In this document: positions 15,240 through 27,500 of the stretch, piece by piece
How positions within the stretch are numbered: the stretch's first letter is position 1
Layout: each line of letters starts with the position of its first letter
NCBI RefSeq assembly: GCF_006345805.1
Contig: NC_042997.1
Coordinates: 69,254,001-69,318,000, forward strand
From: Octopus sinensis
Lineage: Eukaryota
Reading direction: 5' to 3'
DNA length: 64,000 nt
The notes under the pieces: generated by a model
Told to the model about the DNA's origin: nothing
The model's input: only the letters and a program-made list of their open reading frames with translations
The model's database searches: none
Position numbers and translations under genes: made by a program

Positions 15240-15447
15240 TATTTGACGGATATTTGCCCTCATTTTGTTTGTTGTTAACACAACGTTTCGGCTGATGTAC
15301 CCTCCAGCCTTCATCAGGTGTCCTGGGGAAATTCTAAGGTAATTTTCGATGTTATTAATTATTATTATTATTCAGGGCACTGCCTGGAATCGAACTCGGA
15401 ATCTTGGGGTTAGTAGCCCGCGCTCTTAACCACTACGCCATATGCCC
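15240..15447 (-). mobile_element. tRNA-headed SINE-like element containing a hammerhead ribozyme
   Basis: Head GGGCATATGGCGTAGTGGTTAAGAGCGCGGGCTACTAACCCCAAGATTCCGAGTTCGATTCCAGGCAGTGCCC has an A-box (TGGCGTAGTGG) and B-box (GTTCGATTC). It is followed by (AAT)n and, about 50 nt after the head, a hammerhead core. Confidence 0.75.
15277..15322 (-). ncRNA. Minimal type-I hammerhead ribozyme
   Basis: RNA GACAC-CUGAUGA-A-GGCUG(GAGGGUACAU)CAGCC-GAAAC-GUU-GUGUU: complete core (CUGANGA, GAAA, NUH), stems I and II pair, and stem III is the palindrome AACGUU. Confidence 0.75.
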
Positions 15448-15479
15448 CTGGGCACTTATGGGAGTGAAAATATAGAAGT

Positions 15480-15830
15480 GTTATATCTTTTATCTTTTGC
15501 TTTTCTTTTTTCTTACTTTACTCATCGGATTGCAGTCATGATGGGGCACCTTCTTTCAGGTTTTAGTCGAACAAATGGGCCCCAGTACTTTTAAGCCTAC
15601 TACTGATTTGATTGAACTGCTAGGTTGAACCGTTCTGTTTACGGGGACGTAAACAAAACACCATCGGTTTCAAGCGGTGGTGGGGACAAACACTAACAAA
15701 AAGATATACACAAATATTCTTTCGGTTTCCCTCAACCAAATCCGTTCAGAAGTTGTTGTTGGTAGGAGACACCATGCAGTGTACTGAACCTGTGTTGTTG
15801 GGAAGGAAGCTTCTTACCACTCAGCCATAC
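15480..15830 (-). mobile_element. SINE family A (tRNA-derived), decayed
   Basis: Reverse complement of the family seen at 59134-59530: head ..GGCTGAGTGGTAAGAAGCTTCC.., body GTTTACGTCCCCGTAA, tail TTCGACTAAAA..GCCCCATCATGACTGCA. Confidence 0.7.
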
Positions 15831-16994
15831 TGGGTTTTTAAGGGGATTTGGTTGATATTTGTAGCATTTTGATATTTCTGGATGACGGCTATGAGATTCC
15901 TTTGTTGGATCAAGTGCTCTTTTAATCACTGATATACAGAATTCATTAAGACTTGTAGCCTATGTTTCATAACAAATTTTTCTCTTTTTCTCTTTTTTTG
16001 TCGTCCACCGAAATTAACTTCAGCTCGGAAACCAAAAGAACGATAAAGTACGGAGATGTATTCTACGTTGATCAAGTGAGACTATCACTCAGTTATATAA
16101 ATTACATGTGCTTTGTTTCTTTAAAATAATGGCATTTTTAGTTAAGTTAACATGTTAAGTTATGTAAGATCTTAAAAAGACGAATTCACAAAATTCGCAA
16201 TGAGAGCTGTTTCACACCATTTGCCGTTAAAATAACTTCGTGAAAGGTATTCTTTATAATTAATTTCCTTAAAACAAAAGCGCTCTTACTTAAAACATTG
16301 CTGAAATAAAAGCAGTTAATTTTTTGCTGTTTCTTCATTAAAATATCCATAAACTTATGATTATTACTATGGTAAGAATGATAGATATTTTCAATTCGTG
16401 CCGTGGGATAGATCTTGGTACGAATTCTACTTCGTAATCACTGATCACGAAATATTACGACGTTTACTTCGTAACTTTTCCTCTATACCTGCGCCCTTCA
16501 AAACAACAAATATTCATGTAAGACGTACGAGAACACACATCGTCAATGAGAATCGGTGTCTAGACGTTGCTGATATTAAAACCGACATCTGTAAAGCACT
16601 TGAGCGATAAATTCATAAAAAGACAAATAACAAAATAGCAAAGCAAAACTGCAATAGAATAGTTAGACAAGCAGACATAGGAAAAGAAAACTATGAACAT
16701 CAAACAATTACATAAAAATATTTAAAAATAAACATCATCATCATGATCACCACAGTTACTATAGTTTCCATAGGCATCATCATCATCATCATCATCATTA
16801 CCGTGTAAAACAAAAAAAAACACGATTATCACTTAAATTACACATGCGCACACTAAGACATACACACATGTATGTGTAAGTACATCTATATGTATGTTTG
16901 TATGCATATATACATACAAATAAATATGTATATATATATATATATATACCAATGTACACATGCACATGTATACTTATATGCATATGTATACACG

Positions 16995-17046
<52 letters not shown>

Positions 17047-17217
17047 TATATACATACATGTATAGATACATGCATGCATACATACATGCATACTTATATG
17101 TACACACACGTATACGTTTTGTTATTGAGGATTTTGTTTATTGATGTAGATTAATATTATTATTCTTTTTATCATCATCATTATCAGTAGTAGTAGTAGT
17201 AGCAGCAGCAGTAGCAT

Positions 17218-17252
<35 letters not shown>

Positions 17253-17547
17253 ATCTTCTCATATCTGTTATTTATTTATTTATTTACATTTTACTCTTGT
17301 CTGTTACTACAAGGGATGGCGCGGTTCCAAAATGTTTTGTTAGAAGGGAATTATTGCGATAGCGGATGACTTAAAATTTGTTGGTGGGCTTAGGAGTGGA
17401 AGTGAAGATTGGTAAAGGTGATATGTTTGACATAGTAGCACAAGTTGCATCCGTTAACTTTGGATGAATTGGAAATTGGAACGGACAACATGGGCGTTGG
17501 GGATATCATTAATCGGGAAACAGATGTTTAGGCTTCACAATTATATA

Positions 17548-18814
17548 CAGGGGTTGGACAAAATAATGGAAACACCTTAAAATTTCTAACAAATTTACTT
17601 TAATATGGGGTGGGACTGCCTTTGGCAGTAATCACAGCTTCAATTCTACGAGGTATGGACTCATACACAGTTTGAATTGTTTCCAAAGGTATTTTTGTCC
17701 ATTCTTCAGCTAAAACAGTCTCCAGTTCTTGTTGGAGGATATCGACTCCTTACTTGTTTTTCTAAAGTACACCATAAATGTTAAATAATAATGAGATCTG
17801 GGGACTGTGGCAGCCAGATAAGATGTTCAACTTCACTATAATGTTCCTCGTGCCATTCAGTAACAACTTTTGCTGTGTGAATTGGTGCATTATCACCCTG
17901 AAAGATTGCGTTTCCCTCCGGAAACAGTTCCGCAACCATAAGATGAGTTTGATCAGATAAAATGCTTAAATTGACTTGACTATTAATTTTGCCATGCAGA
18001 GAAACTATTGGGCCGGCGGATTTCTAAGATATAGCCCCCCCCCCCGCCGATCATCACAGATCCTCCTCCATATTTAACAGTTGGAAGAATGCAGTCTTGG
18101 TCAAATGCTTCTTTTGGCTGTCTCCACGCGTATACTCGGCCAGTAGTCAGAAATAAGGTAAAGGATGACTCTTCAGATAAAATAACATTCTTCCACTGCT
18201 CTAGGGACCAATTCTGTAGGTTTTTACTCCACTCTAAACGCTTTGCAGCGCTTGTTTTTGAAAGTAGTGGTTTTCTGATTGCAGCCCTCTCGTGAAATCC
18301 GGCTTTGTGCAGCTCCCGGCGAACTGTTTTTGTGGAAACTGGTTTCTCGAGGTGATCATTAAGCTCTGCAGTAATTTTGGGAGCTATACTTTTGCGATAC
18401 TTTCTAACACTTCGCGTATGAATCCGACGGTCCCTATCTGAAAGTTCTTGTTTTCTTCCAGAGTTTTGTTTCCACGAGGAGGTTTTTCCTCTTCATCAAA
18501 GACTGTTGTTACTTTCGAAACAGTACTTCTCAATACACCAAACATTTCGGCTGTTTTCGTTATGCTAATGCCTGCCATACGAGCACCAGCAATTTGACCT
18601 CTTTGAATGTCCGATAGATTTGTCATTTTAATGAATTTTAATGACCTTTTTCTGATGATATCTGAAAAGAAGCAGCAATTTTAGCAAAACATATTAACCA
18701 ACACTAATAATAAATAAAAAAAAACATAAAAATAAACAAGTTTTTGACGGATTTACAGATATTTCAAAATTATGATGCTATGCTAGGCGTTTCTATTATT
18801 TTGTCCAACCCCTG
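17548..18814 (-). mobile_element. Full-length Tc1-family transposon, decayed
   Basis: TIRs CAGGGGTTGGACAAAATAATGGAAAC (17548-) and GTTTCTATTATTTTGTCCAACCCCTG (-18814), TA TSD, 1267 bp. Confidence 0.93.
17600..18626 (-). pseudogene. Tc1 transposase pseudogene
   Basis: MTNLSDIQRGQIAGARMAG..AEMFGV.RSTVSKV; KPVSTKTVRRELHKAG; WKNVILSEESSF (catalytic D replaced by E); TVKYGGGSVM; FQGDNAPIH; SPDLIII* (catalytic E replaced by stop); ends TAKGSPTPY*. Confidence 0.9.
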
Positions 18815-19227
18815 TATAAATACCGCCTCAAATAAACTTACATAAAATTTGACTGCATCGGTTAGTAACCGTTGCAATTTTAACTTTACTATAATACCCA
18901 TGCAATTTCCTCAGGGTTTTCACTGTAATGTTCTTCAAGATTTAACTGTTTAAAGTTTTATGTTGATTTTAGTTGCGGTCAATGAAATGGAGTTGTACAT
19001 TAATTCAGACTCGAATTATTTTCAATTCCAAGTGTTTATTCCTTATAGTTAGTTATAGTTAGTTATTTCAAACAAATTCGTTGTTCAAACATTTGTAACT
19101 CATTTATATTGAGCAAAGGTGAATTTCTTTTATATGCAAGCATCTTAAAGCTTGTTCTTGTCTAAACTTTATTATATTGTCAAAAATTGGTAAAATATTT
19201 CAATATATAGATCATATATATCAGTAA

Positions 19228-19559
19228 ACCTCTTCGTCGAAACAAAACTCCGGAAGAAAACCAAAATTTTCAGATAGGGACCGTCGGACTGTTACGGGAA
19301 GTGTTAGATAAGATCACATAGTACAGCTCTCATTATTACTACAGAGCTTAATGACCACCTCGAGAAACCAGTTTCCACAAAAGCAGTTCGCCGGAAGCTG
19401 CACAAAGCCTGATTTCACGAGAGGGCTGCAATCAGAAAACCACTACTTTCAAAAACAAACGCTGCAAAGCGTTTAGAGTGGAGTAAAAACCTACAGAATT
19501 GGTCCCTAGAGCAGTGGAAGAATGTTATTTTATCGGAAGAGTCATCCTTTACCTTATTT
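19228..19559 (+). mobile_element. Internal fragment of the same Tc1 family, inverted relative to the full-length copy
   Basis: Reverse complement of about 18151-18480. Confidence 0.9.
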
Positions 19560-19574
19560 AGTACTGTAAAATTT

Positions 19575-19860
19575 TGCAGTGCTAATTAATTCCCAGTTGA
19601 TAGTAAATAATAAATGTAAAACTAAATATGTAATATATGGATGCAACGATACAAGTGAGACAAATGAATACATTTATATCGGTGCGGCTTTACTGGCTAA
19701 TCACTTAAATTCATTTAAAGATAAGGATAAAAAATTCCAAACAAGTCTAAGTAGGTTAATCTGGTCTGTCAAAGACAAGCAAAAGCTATACTATCAACTG
19801 GGAATTAATTAGTACTGCAAAACCTTACAGACCAGGAAATGATATCAACATAAAACTTAA
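19575..19860 (+). pseudogene. Penelope-like GIY-YIG endonuclease fragment
   Basis: NKCKTKYVIYGC....EYIYIGA...NHLNSFKDK..QTSLSRLIWSVKDK matches the PLE endonuclease pattern. Confidence 0.7.
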
Positions 19861-20041
19861 ACCATTTAAATCTTAAAAGATATTACAGTGAAGAGCCTGA
19901 AGTAACTACATCGGTATTATTGTAAAGTTGCAGTTGGAACGATTTCTAACCAATTGAGTGGAAGTATATAGGTCTATTTAAGTCTACATTTATATATAAA
20001 TGTGAATTAAGGGTAATGCTAACGCTACTTCGTCACAATCC

Positions 20042-20117
<76 letters not shown>
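20042..20117. repeat. (TTA)n tract at the 3' end of a Dong-like element
   Basis: Pure TTA run abutting the 3' end of the minus-strand element. Confidence 0.95.
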
Positions 20118-21698
20118 CACCATTTACTTTTAAACTGTATGTTTCTTACAATTACTTGCCGAGACACACCTAGCGTCCTAGGGTGAGAGAAGGATAAGAG
20201 ATGTCATAGTATGACTGAAAGCTTGGGGAAGGGAAGTGGCAGGGGCTGTAGCAAAATATCTTCATGCAATGCAACACAGACATTTAAATTGATAGGGTTT
20301 TTCTAAGGATGTGGGCAGCACAATCTTTTGGATTTCTCTGAGACATGGTCCTCTTGGGATATTATCTAGATTTTTCTGATATACCTTTCTTATCATACCT
20401 AGGATGCCCATAAAAACAGGAATAGTTCTTGCTTTAAGATGCCACATCTTTTGTATTTCAATTTCCAGAACCTTATATTTTAGTCTACAAGTATTTTCTT
20501 CCATGTCTTTAATGACAATATCTGGTCAATTAGACTGGATCGTTCTGTCGGTGTTGACTGGAAAATCCCAAAATTACCTTCAACGACTGGCTCAAGATGA
20601 TGTTCATAGTAGTAAGCAGAAGTGCTGATTTTGTAGTGTTTATATATTTTCCAATGTAAAAACTGTCCTATCCTATCGCGGCGATTTTCTGCTTGATGTC
20701 AGCACAGGACAACCCGAGACGGGTTGGTCTATTGTTTCATCAAATTTACTGCAGAATCTGCATTTAGGGTCAGAACCGTTTTGAAGAACGTTATTCTGGT
20801 AGTTTTTGGTAAGCAATCTTTGATCTTGTACCGCTAATATGAAACCTTCAATCTGCTTTTACTCCTGAGCCTCTCAACCACTGATGAATTGTTGCTTGGT
20901 CTACATCAATATTTCGACTTCTAAGAATATACTGTCCATGTAGGGGCTTCTGATTCCACCCTTCCTCAGTTTCTTTCTGCAGTCTGCTTGATCCGTTTTG
21001 CTTGTTTTGCTTGTTTGGTGGCAGTGGTTTCAGGTTCTTCATCTAATTCAGTGTTAATGTTAAGTTCCCTTGCGAGCTTCAAGCTTGCTTGACAATTGAA
21101 TGTGATTTTTGCTGCTTCCGTGTTTGTACACAAACTGCAGCATCCAGTCCTCTGTACTAGATAAGTAGATTCCTCTTCCCTCATTACTTCTTGGTAGGTA
21201 CAGACGATCAACATCTGCGTTTGGGTGGTGCATGTTCTTAGATGTTAGTAGTTTTCTTGTCTTCCTTTCTAGACGTTGGAGCTCTGTAAGATTCCAGTTA
21301 ATGATGTTAAAGCTGTATTAGACTACTGGAAGTGGCAGGGCGTTAATAGCTTCGATGCGACTTTTGGATTTGAGTTCAGTTTTAAGTATGAGTCTTACTC
21401 TCTTGTAATACTCCTTTCTTATTTTTCCTTCATGTTGTATACCATCTCCTTCGTTCATCCCCAGGTATCTATAGATTTATTGTGAGTTGGGCTCTTTGAT
21501 GGTAGTGTCGGTATCTAATTTAATGGAAGCTGTTTGTTTGAGCTTGCCTCTCACAAAAGTTGCTTGAGCACAGTTACCAAAGTCAAAGTCCATCCCGATG
21601 TCATTACTGAACCCTTTAACAGTTGTTAACAGTCCTACTAGCTCTTTGTCATTTCTAGCAAACAGCTTCAGATCGTCAATATAAAGCAGATTGTTTAC
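20118..21698 (-). mobile_element. R4/Dong-like non-LTR retrotransposon 3' half (RT C-terminus, CCHC region, RLE endonuclease), decayed
   Basis: LLYIDDLKLFA, FSNDIGMDF, YRYLGMNE, KPLHGQY, WDFPVNTDRTIQSN.PDIVIKD, LEIEIQKMWHLKARTIPVFMGILG; 3' UTR then (TAA)n. Confidence 0.85.
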
Positions 21699-21700
21699 TA

Positions 21701-22010
21701 TTAGGTTGTTCCGAAAATAATGGCCGCCCTAAGTGTTGTGTTTTGAAACGCAATTTTATGATAGAATTTTAATTATATCATAGTTGAATTTCAACATACT
21801 CAATAATTGATGTATGCTCTTTAATAAGTTTCTACTTATTTCAGACAGAAAACATTCTTAAAGCATAGACGCCCTTAATTATGAACATGACAAAAATGGA
21901 CCTTCGCTTACTTTTCTTGCATGAGTTCACGTTTGGGCACAATGCATCCCAAACTGATGCCGATATCATCAGAGCATGGGGAGAGGGGTTCACAAGTAGA
22001 TGAATTAGAC
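21701..22010 (+). mobile_element. Mariner 5' fragment (TIR plus transposase N-terminus)
   Basis: TA|TTAGGTTGTTCCGAAAATAATGG TIR-like start; translation MDLRLLFLHEFTFGHNASQTDADIIRAWGEG. It abuts the 5' side of the Dong RT fragment. Confidence 0.7.
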
Positions 22011-22214
22011 TTGAATTAAACAAAAATTAAGACGCTCGCAAATATGATTTTATGGAAATAAGAAAGGGAGCAAACTCTACAACGGGAAGCAAAAGTTTTA
22101 ATCAATCATAACAATCATGTTACTGATTACACTAAGCAGATTTCTTCCTCTTCCTAAGCTACACTAGAGCGATATGAACAATTTGTTTGTATAAAATGTC
22201 TCTCGGGCACTCTA

Positions 22215-22500
22215 TCTGTTACGACGACGAGGACTCCAGCTGATCTCAGCAACAAAACAGCGTTTTCGTGGAATTAAAGTACAACTGGGTGATCACTCCC
22301 ACGCTTACCCATAACGTAGTTCTTAGGGAGATTCAGCGTGACCCTTCCAATTACAAGTACTTCTCATTTTTGCCAGCTAAGTGGACTGCAGTAATGTGAA
22401 ATAAAGTGTCTTGATCAGAACACAATGCGCCGCCGGGAATTGAACACACGCCCTTATGGTTGTGTGCCGAATGCCCTAACCACTCAGCGACGCGCCTTCA
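22215..22500 (-). mobile_element. SINE family C-related element (tRNA-like head)
   Basis: Head TGAAGGCGCGTCGCTGAGTGGTTAGGGCATTCGGC..GTGTTCAATTCCCGG; tail segments shared with 36988-37350 and 28540-28730. Confidence 0.65.
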
Positions 22501-22989
22501 CTGTATTAACATATATTACATTAGGAACATGGATGTGTCATAGTCACTTAACCACCAAAAGATGTTCTGTTCGACAATTACCTAACACATCCAATATATA
22601 AGATATTTACTCAATTCCTTTTGAATTCCATCATAATTTATAATTAGATCTTAACTGCTGACAAATAAATTGTAACAATTAAGTTTCGGAGGCTTTGTCC
22701 ACACCTTAAACAGCGAATACTTGAACATACTGGATATCTTCTAGTGGATACGTGACTATTAAATTAGCTGTGCGTCTCACGCAATACGTGCTGTTACATT
22801 GCTGTTTACGAAAATAAACCGTTACTGTGTGCCTGTTTAGCTGATTACGAGGATTTGATGGTTTGTTGCAGTTGATGGCGAGGTCATCAGACATGCTACT
22901 GATGCGTGACTCGAGTCTGTGGAAGCATATACACTTTTTTCTTCAGTATTGATAAATGGCTTATTTGATTTTTATTTAAAAAATTAAAG

Positions 22990-23051
<62 letters not shown>

Positions 23052-23055
<4 letters not shown>

Positions 23056-24076
23056 CAGAGGGAAAGGACATGGACTGCACCCCCTTTCGGTTATTTTCTG
23101 TTGTTTCTTTTCTACAGAAACCCAGCTTTTCGACTACGGAGATTCCGAATATGCAAAAAAAAAAAAAAAAAAAGGAAAAAAAGTTGGTATTTAAAAATTT
23201 TAATATCCACCCACCCAGTTTTTCACTTATTAACAAACTTTGTGGAGCGAAATACGGAGAAAAATATGGAGATTATAATTCTGAAAAAAAAAAAAAATTG
23301 TAAAATTTCAATTTTTCAAAAAAAAAAAATCCCTCTCCTCCTACTAAAATAGCAGACGTAAAAAGTAACTAAACAGAAAACTCGACATGCTAGAAACAGC
23401 AGCTAAACGACGAATCACGTTTTCAAAATTGTAATTTCCTTCATCCCCTTTTTTCTTTGCCAGAGGGGTGGAGAGGGGGAAAATTAAGATTTTGAAAACG
23501 GAATTTTGGGGTTCTCAAAATCTTAACTTTTTTATGTACGTTCCAGCCGGAAAGTCCGACAAGCTAGAAACAACAACCAAACTGAAGATCCACTTTCTAA
23601 ATACGAATTACCAAACAAAAAGTAAAAATTAAAAAGAATGTAATTTTGTTGTGTGTGTGTGTGTGCGCGCGCGGGCGTGTGTGTGTGTGTGTGTGTGCGT
23701 GTGTGCAAAAGACTAATTTTTACATACCTCTCTTAATTCCAAAAGACCCTTAACCACATGTTCACTTTCTGTCACATGCGCTGACGTAGTGGAGGGGGTA
23801 TCTATTTATTTATTCATTTATTTATTTTTGAAAAATTTAAATTTTACCAATATTCTTTTCAGAATCATAATTTCCGTATTTTTCTACATATTTCGGCAAG
23901 AAAAAAAAAGAGACTCCACAAAAAAGGGAAAAATTGGGAGGGGGAAGATTAAAAATTTGAAATGCCAATGTTTAGGCAGAATCGGAATCTCCACAGTCGA
24001 AAAACTGGGTTTCTGTATAAAAAAAAAAAAAAAAATAACCAAAAGGTGGTGCGGTCCATGTCCTTTACCTCGGCCA

Positions 24077-24079
<3 letters not shown>
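23052..24079. mobile_element. About 1.03-kb non-autonomous DNA element (MITE) with about 110-bp imperfect TIRs
   Basis: Left GGCAGAGGGAAAGGACATGGACTGCACC..CAGAAACCCAGCTTTTCGACTACGGAGATTCCGA is the reverse complement of right TCGGAATCTCCACAGTCGAAAAACTGGGTTTCTG..GTGCGGTCCATGTCCTTTACCTCGGCC. No coding capacity. Confidence 0.75.
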
Positions 24080-24127
<48 letters not shown>

Positions 24128-24559
24128 TATACAAGAGTTGCGGAATGGAATATGGGAAATCCGGGTTAAAACATATAGTAGTTTTAGCTTAATCACAGAA
24201 TTCAATAGTGGGATTGGCATTTGAAGAGAAATTGGAGGGGAGAGGATGGAAAAATATATTTGGTCGTGGGGGACAAAAGAAAGTATGTATGAATAAGGCA
24301 AGGTAGGGCGAAGAGTTTAAGTACGGCTAGTGGCTTTATGGTCAAACGGCGTAAATTGGTACACGAAAAAATAAAAACGAATGAAGTGGTGAATGTGCAG
24401 CATATGTATTTGTAAGTTTACGGGTGGAGGGGAGAGAGTAGAAATACAAGGAGAGAAAAATATTTTAGGTGGTAAGTAAAAATACAGATAGAAAATTGTA
24501 ATTGTCGATTAAGGAATTAAAAGGGGAGTAAAAATATTGTTGGTTTAATACGCAATGGA

Positions 24560-27500
24560 TAAGTGAGAAAAAGAATATATTAGAGTTATGCTGAGACGAG
24601 CAGTGTGGGGTTGTAATTATTTATATTTCAAGAATAGATTTAGTGCCCGATGTTTGCAGGTGAATATTATACTGCTGAGATTTTGTATGGGATTTGAAGC
24701 TAGAATAGTGATTGCTCACTATCTTTTAATATAGTGCTACATGAGCCTATGTAAATGTAGTTGCAGTTGTTAGGTGATACTGTGCACATATAAACTATGT
24801 TTCTAGTGAGACAGCAGTTATTTAAAGGAGAAGAGGTTGATGCTCTGAATGAGTTTGTAAGAGAATTGTTATTTAGTGAGGAATCGATGTTTGATTCGTT
24901 ATTATAGTTGGTGGTAAGGTTATCAGTTGTTAAGGGGTTGAGGGGTGTTTGTTGGGTTGTATGATTTCATGAATGAGTTTTTCCTGACCCAACTTGTTCT
25001 TGAACCAAAAAGGTGTCACAAAAACACCTTGGATCTAGTGTTAGGTAACCACACTGACACTATCCTCAATATTGCAGTGGAAAAAACACCACTACTCTCA
25101 GACCATGACATGGTTCTCTGCGATCTGAAATTCTATCACCCAAAGATCAAATCCAGTGACATCTCTCCAGTCCATCCATTTGACACTAATGCAGCCTGGG
25201 ATGCGATCAATCATGATCACACACAAGTTGATTGGGCTTTCACGCACATAAAAACATCATAAACACATCCAACATAAACACATCATGACATACATTTGTA
25301 GATACTGTAGCAAATATATGCGCAAAACATATACTTTTAAGATCAGTATACAAATCTAAGTGCAGAAATCCTAGAAGCAGAAGAGCAATTATCAGAAAAA
25401 TATAAAGACTTAACAAGAAAATCAACCAACTTAAATACTGCCATCAGCAACGTACCCATTTGACTACTATTTCATCACTCGAATGGAAAGAAACACAACC
25501 TCCAAAATATCATGATGACCATCATTAACAGACAAAGAGCAGCTGAGGAGAGTTGGGCCATTGAGAAAATAAAACTCAATTCCAAAATGTTCTTTTCATT
25601 TGCAAAAAAACACAACAAACAAAAACGCTGTTTCCACAGTTGGTCCTCTGGTTGATGAGAATTCTCTACATGAGGATGCAAAATCCAAGCGCGAGATACT
25701 GCAGAGACAATACTGCTCTGTCTTCAGTAACGTTAATGCGGTTGATATGGCTAATATCAGTGATGTAAACCCTCAACTAACCACATCTGACATAACTTTT
25801 AGTGCTCCTGATAGCCTACCAGAAATAGATAAGATCAAACACAACTCGGCAGTAAGTCTCGGTAAGTTCCCGGCCACTGTCCTGAAAATGAGTCGACATC
25901 AAATTGCACCACTCTAGCTGAGCTTTGGAGAAACTCATTTGATGCAGGCTATATTCCTGATTATTTTCTTTCCACGTCTGTCGTTCCAGTCTTCAAAACG
26001 GAAACAAATCTCTTGCAGTGAACTACTGTCCGATTTCAATCACTTCTCATATCATTAAAGTATTTGAGAAGGTGGTGAGATCGCAAATAACTTACTTCCT
26101 CGAAAACAACAATATGCTGAACCCCAACCAGTATGGTTTACGTAATAGTAAGGACTGCCTGTCGCAGCTTCTGCATCATTTTCATGACATCTTAAAAGCG
26201 TTGGGAGAAGGCTCCAACACTGACGTCATATACCTTGATTTCAGCAAGGCATTTAACAGAAAAGACTACAAAATCCTGCTGAAGAAACTGTCCGTGGAAA
26301 GCTGCTGCACTGGATAAAGTGTTTCCTGACGAGCAGAATCTAACGTGCTGTGTTTGAGGGAATACGATCCAGTTCGTAATCAGTAGTGGTGTCCCACAAA
26401 GTGCTGTGTTGGGCCCACTTCACTTCATTATTTACATCAACGACATAGTAGATGTCATCAAACATCTACATTGAAAATTTTGCAGATGATTCCAAACTCC
26501 AGAAAGCCATAAACGGCATGAGAGACCGAACATGCCTTCAGTCAGATATGTTTGCTATTGTCCAATGGGCAGAAAAAAACAATATGCTTCTAAATGAAAA
26601 CAAGTTTGATTTGATCCACTTTGGAAAAGAGGAAACTCTGAAATTACCATAAGCGCTTCCCTCGGGCGACTCCCTAGTGTCATCCAACAACACCAGAGAC
26701 TTTGGAGTAATTGTTGATAATCTATGCTGGAGTTCCCGCGTAAACAGCAAGGTTGACTTGGCCCGCAAGATGTGCTCCTGGATTTTGAGAACTTGCCGGT
26801 CTCGAGATATCTACAGTATCATCCTTCTCTACTCTACTTTTGTCCGACCCCTCCTTGAATACTGTTGCCCACTATGATCCCCCCATACGAAGCAACACAT
26901 TATGAAAGTAGAAGCACTCCAGAGGTCAATAACAAGAAAGATAGACGGCATGAAAGGCATTGATTATTGGGGTCGACTAAAAAAACTCAATCTACTCTCT
27001 CCAACGCCGCCGGGAGCGCTACATCATTTGTGTTATGTGGAAAAAATATTCCATCATTATTGCACAAACGACGTTGGCATCAATTTTAAAATCCATCCAA
27101 GACGTAGCCCCCGTGCTATCCGCCTACTACAAAAATCGAACTCGGTACACATAGCAACAATACGTCACAATTACTTTACCTCAACCGGTTCAGCTCTCTT
27201 TAATACCATACCAAATTACGTCAAAATCGAAACGGATCCCATAAAATTCAAATGTTCATTGGTCAAATTTCTTCAAAAAATCCCGGACAAACCTCCTACC
27301 CCCGGATATGTCTCCAACTATAATGACTCCATATATGACTAAAAGACTTCGCCCTGTGGTGCTATTTAGTTAGACATGGCCTGGGCCTATACTGGCCGAA
27401 ACTTATCAAAGTTATCAAAGTTATGGTATGATAATTATTGTGTCCAGTGGTATTCTCTATTATGGCAAGAATATATTTGGATGCTGTGGTAAATTTAAGG

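Noticed and set aside
15374-15447. Possible genuine tRNA-Ser(ACT) gene
   Set aside because: The D, anticodon and T stems contain mismatches, ACT is not a normal eukaryotic anticodon, and the sequence runs into an (AAT)n spacer and a repeat body; treated as a SINE head.
19890-19950. Possible decayed hammerhead downstream of the Penelope endonuclease
   Set aside because: Both core halves are mutated (CUGAAGU, GAAC); too weak to call.
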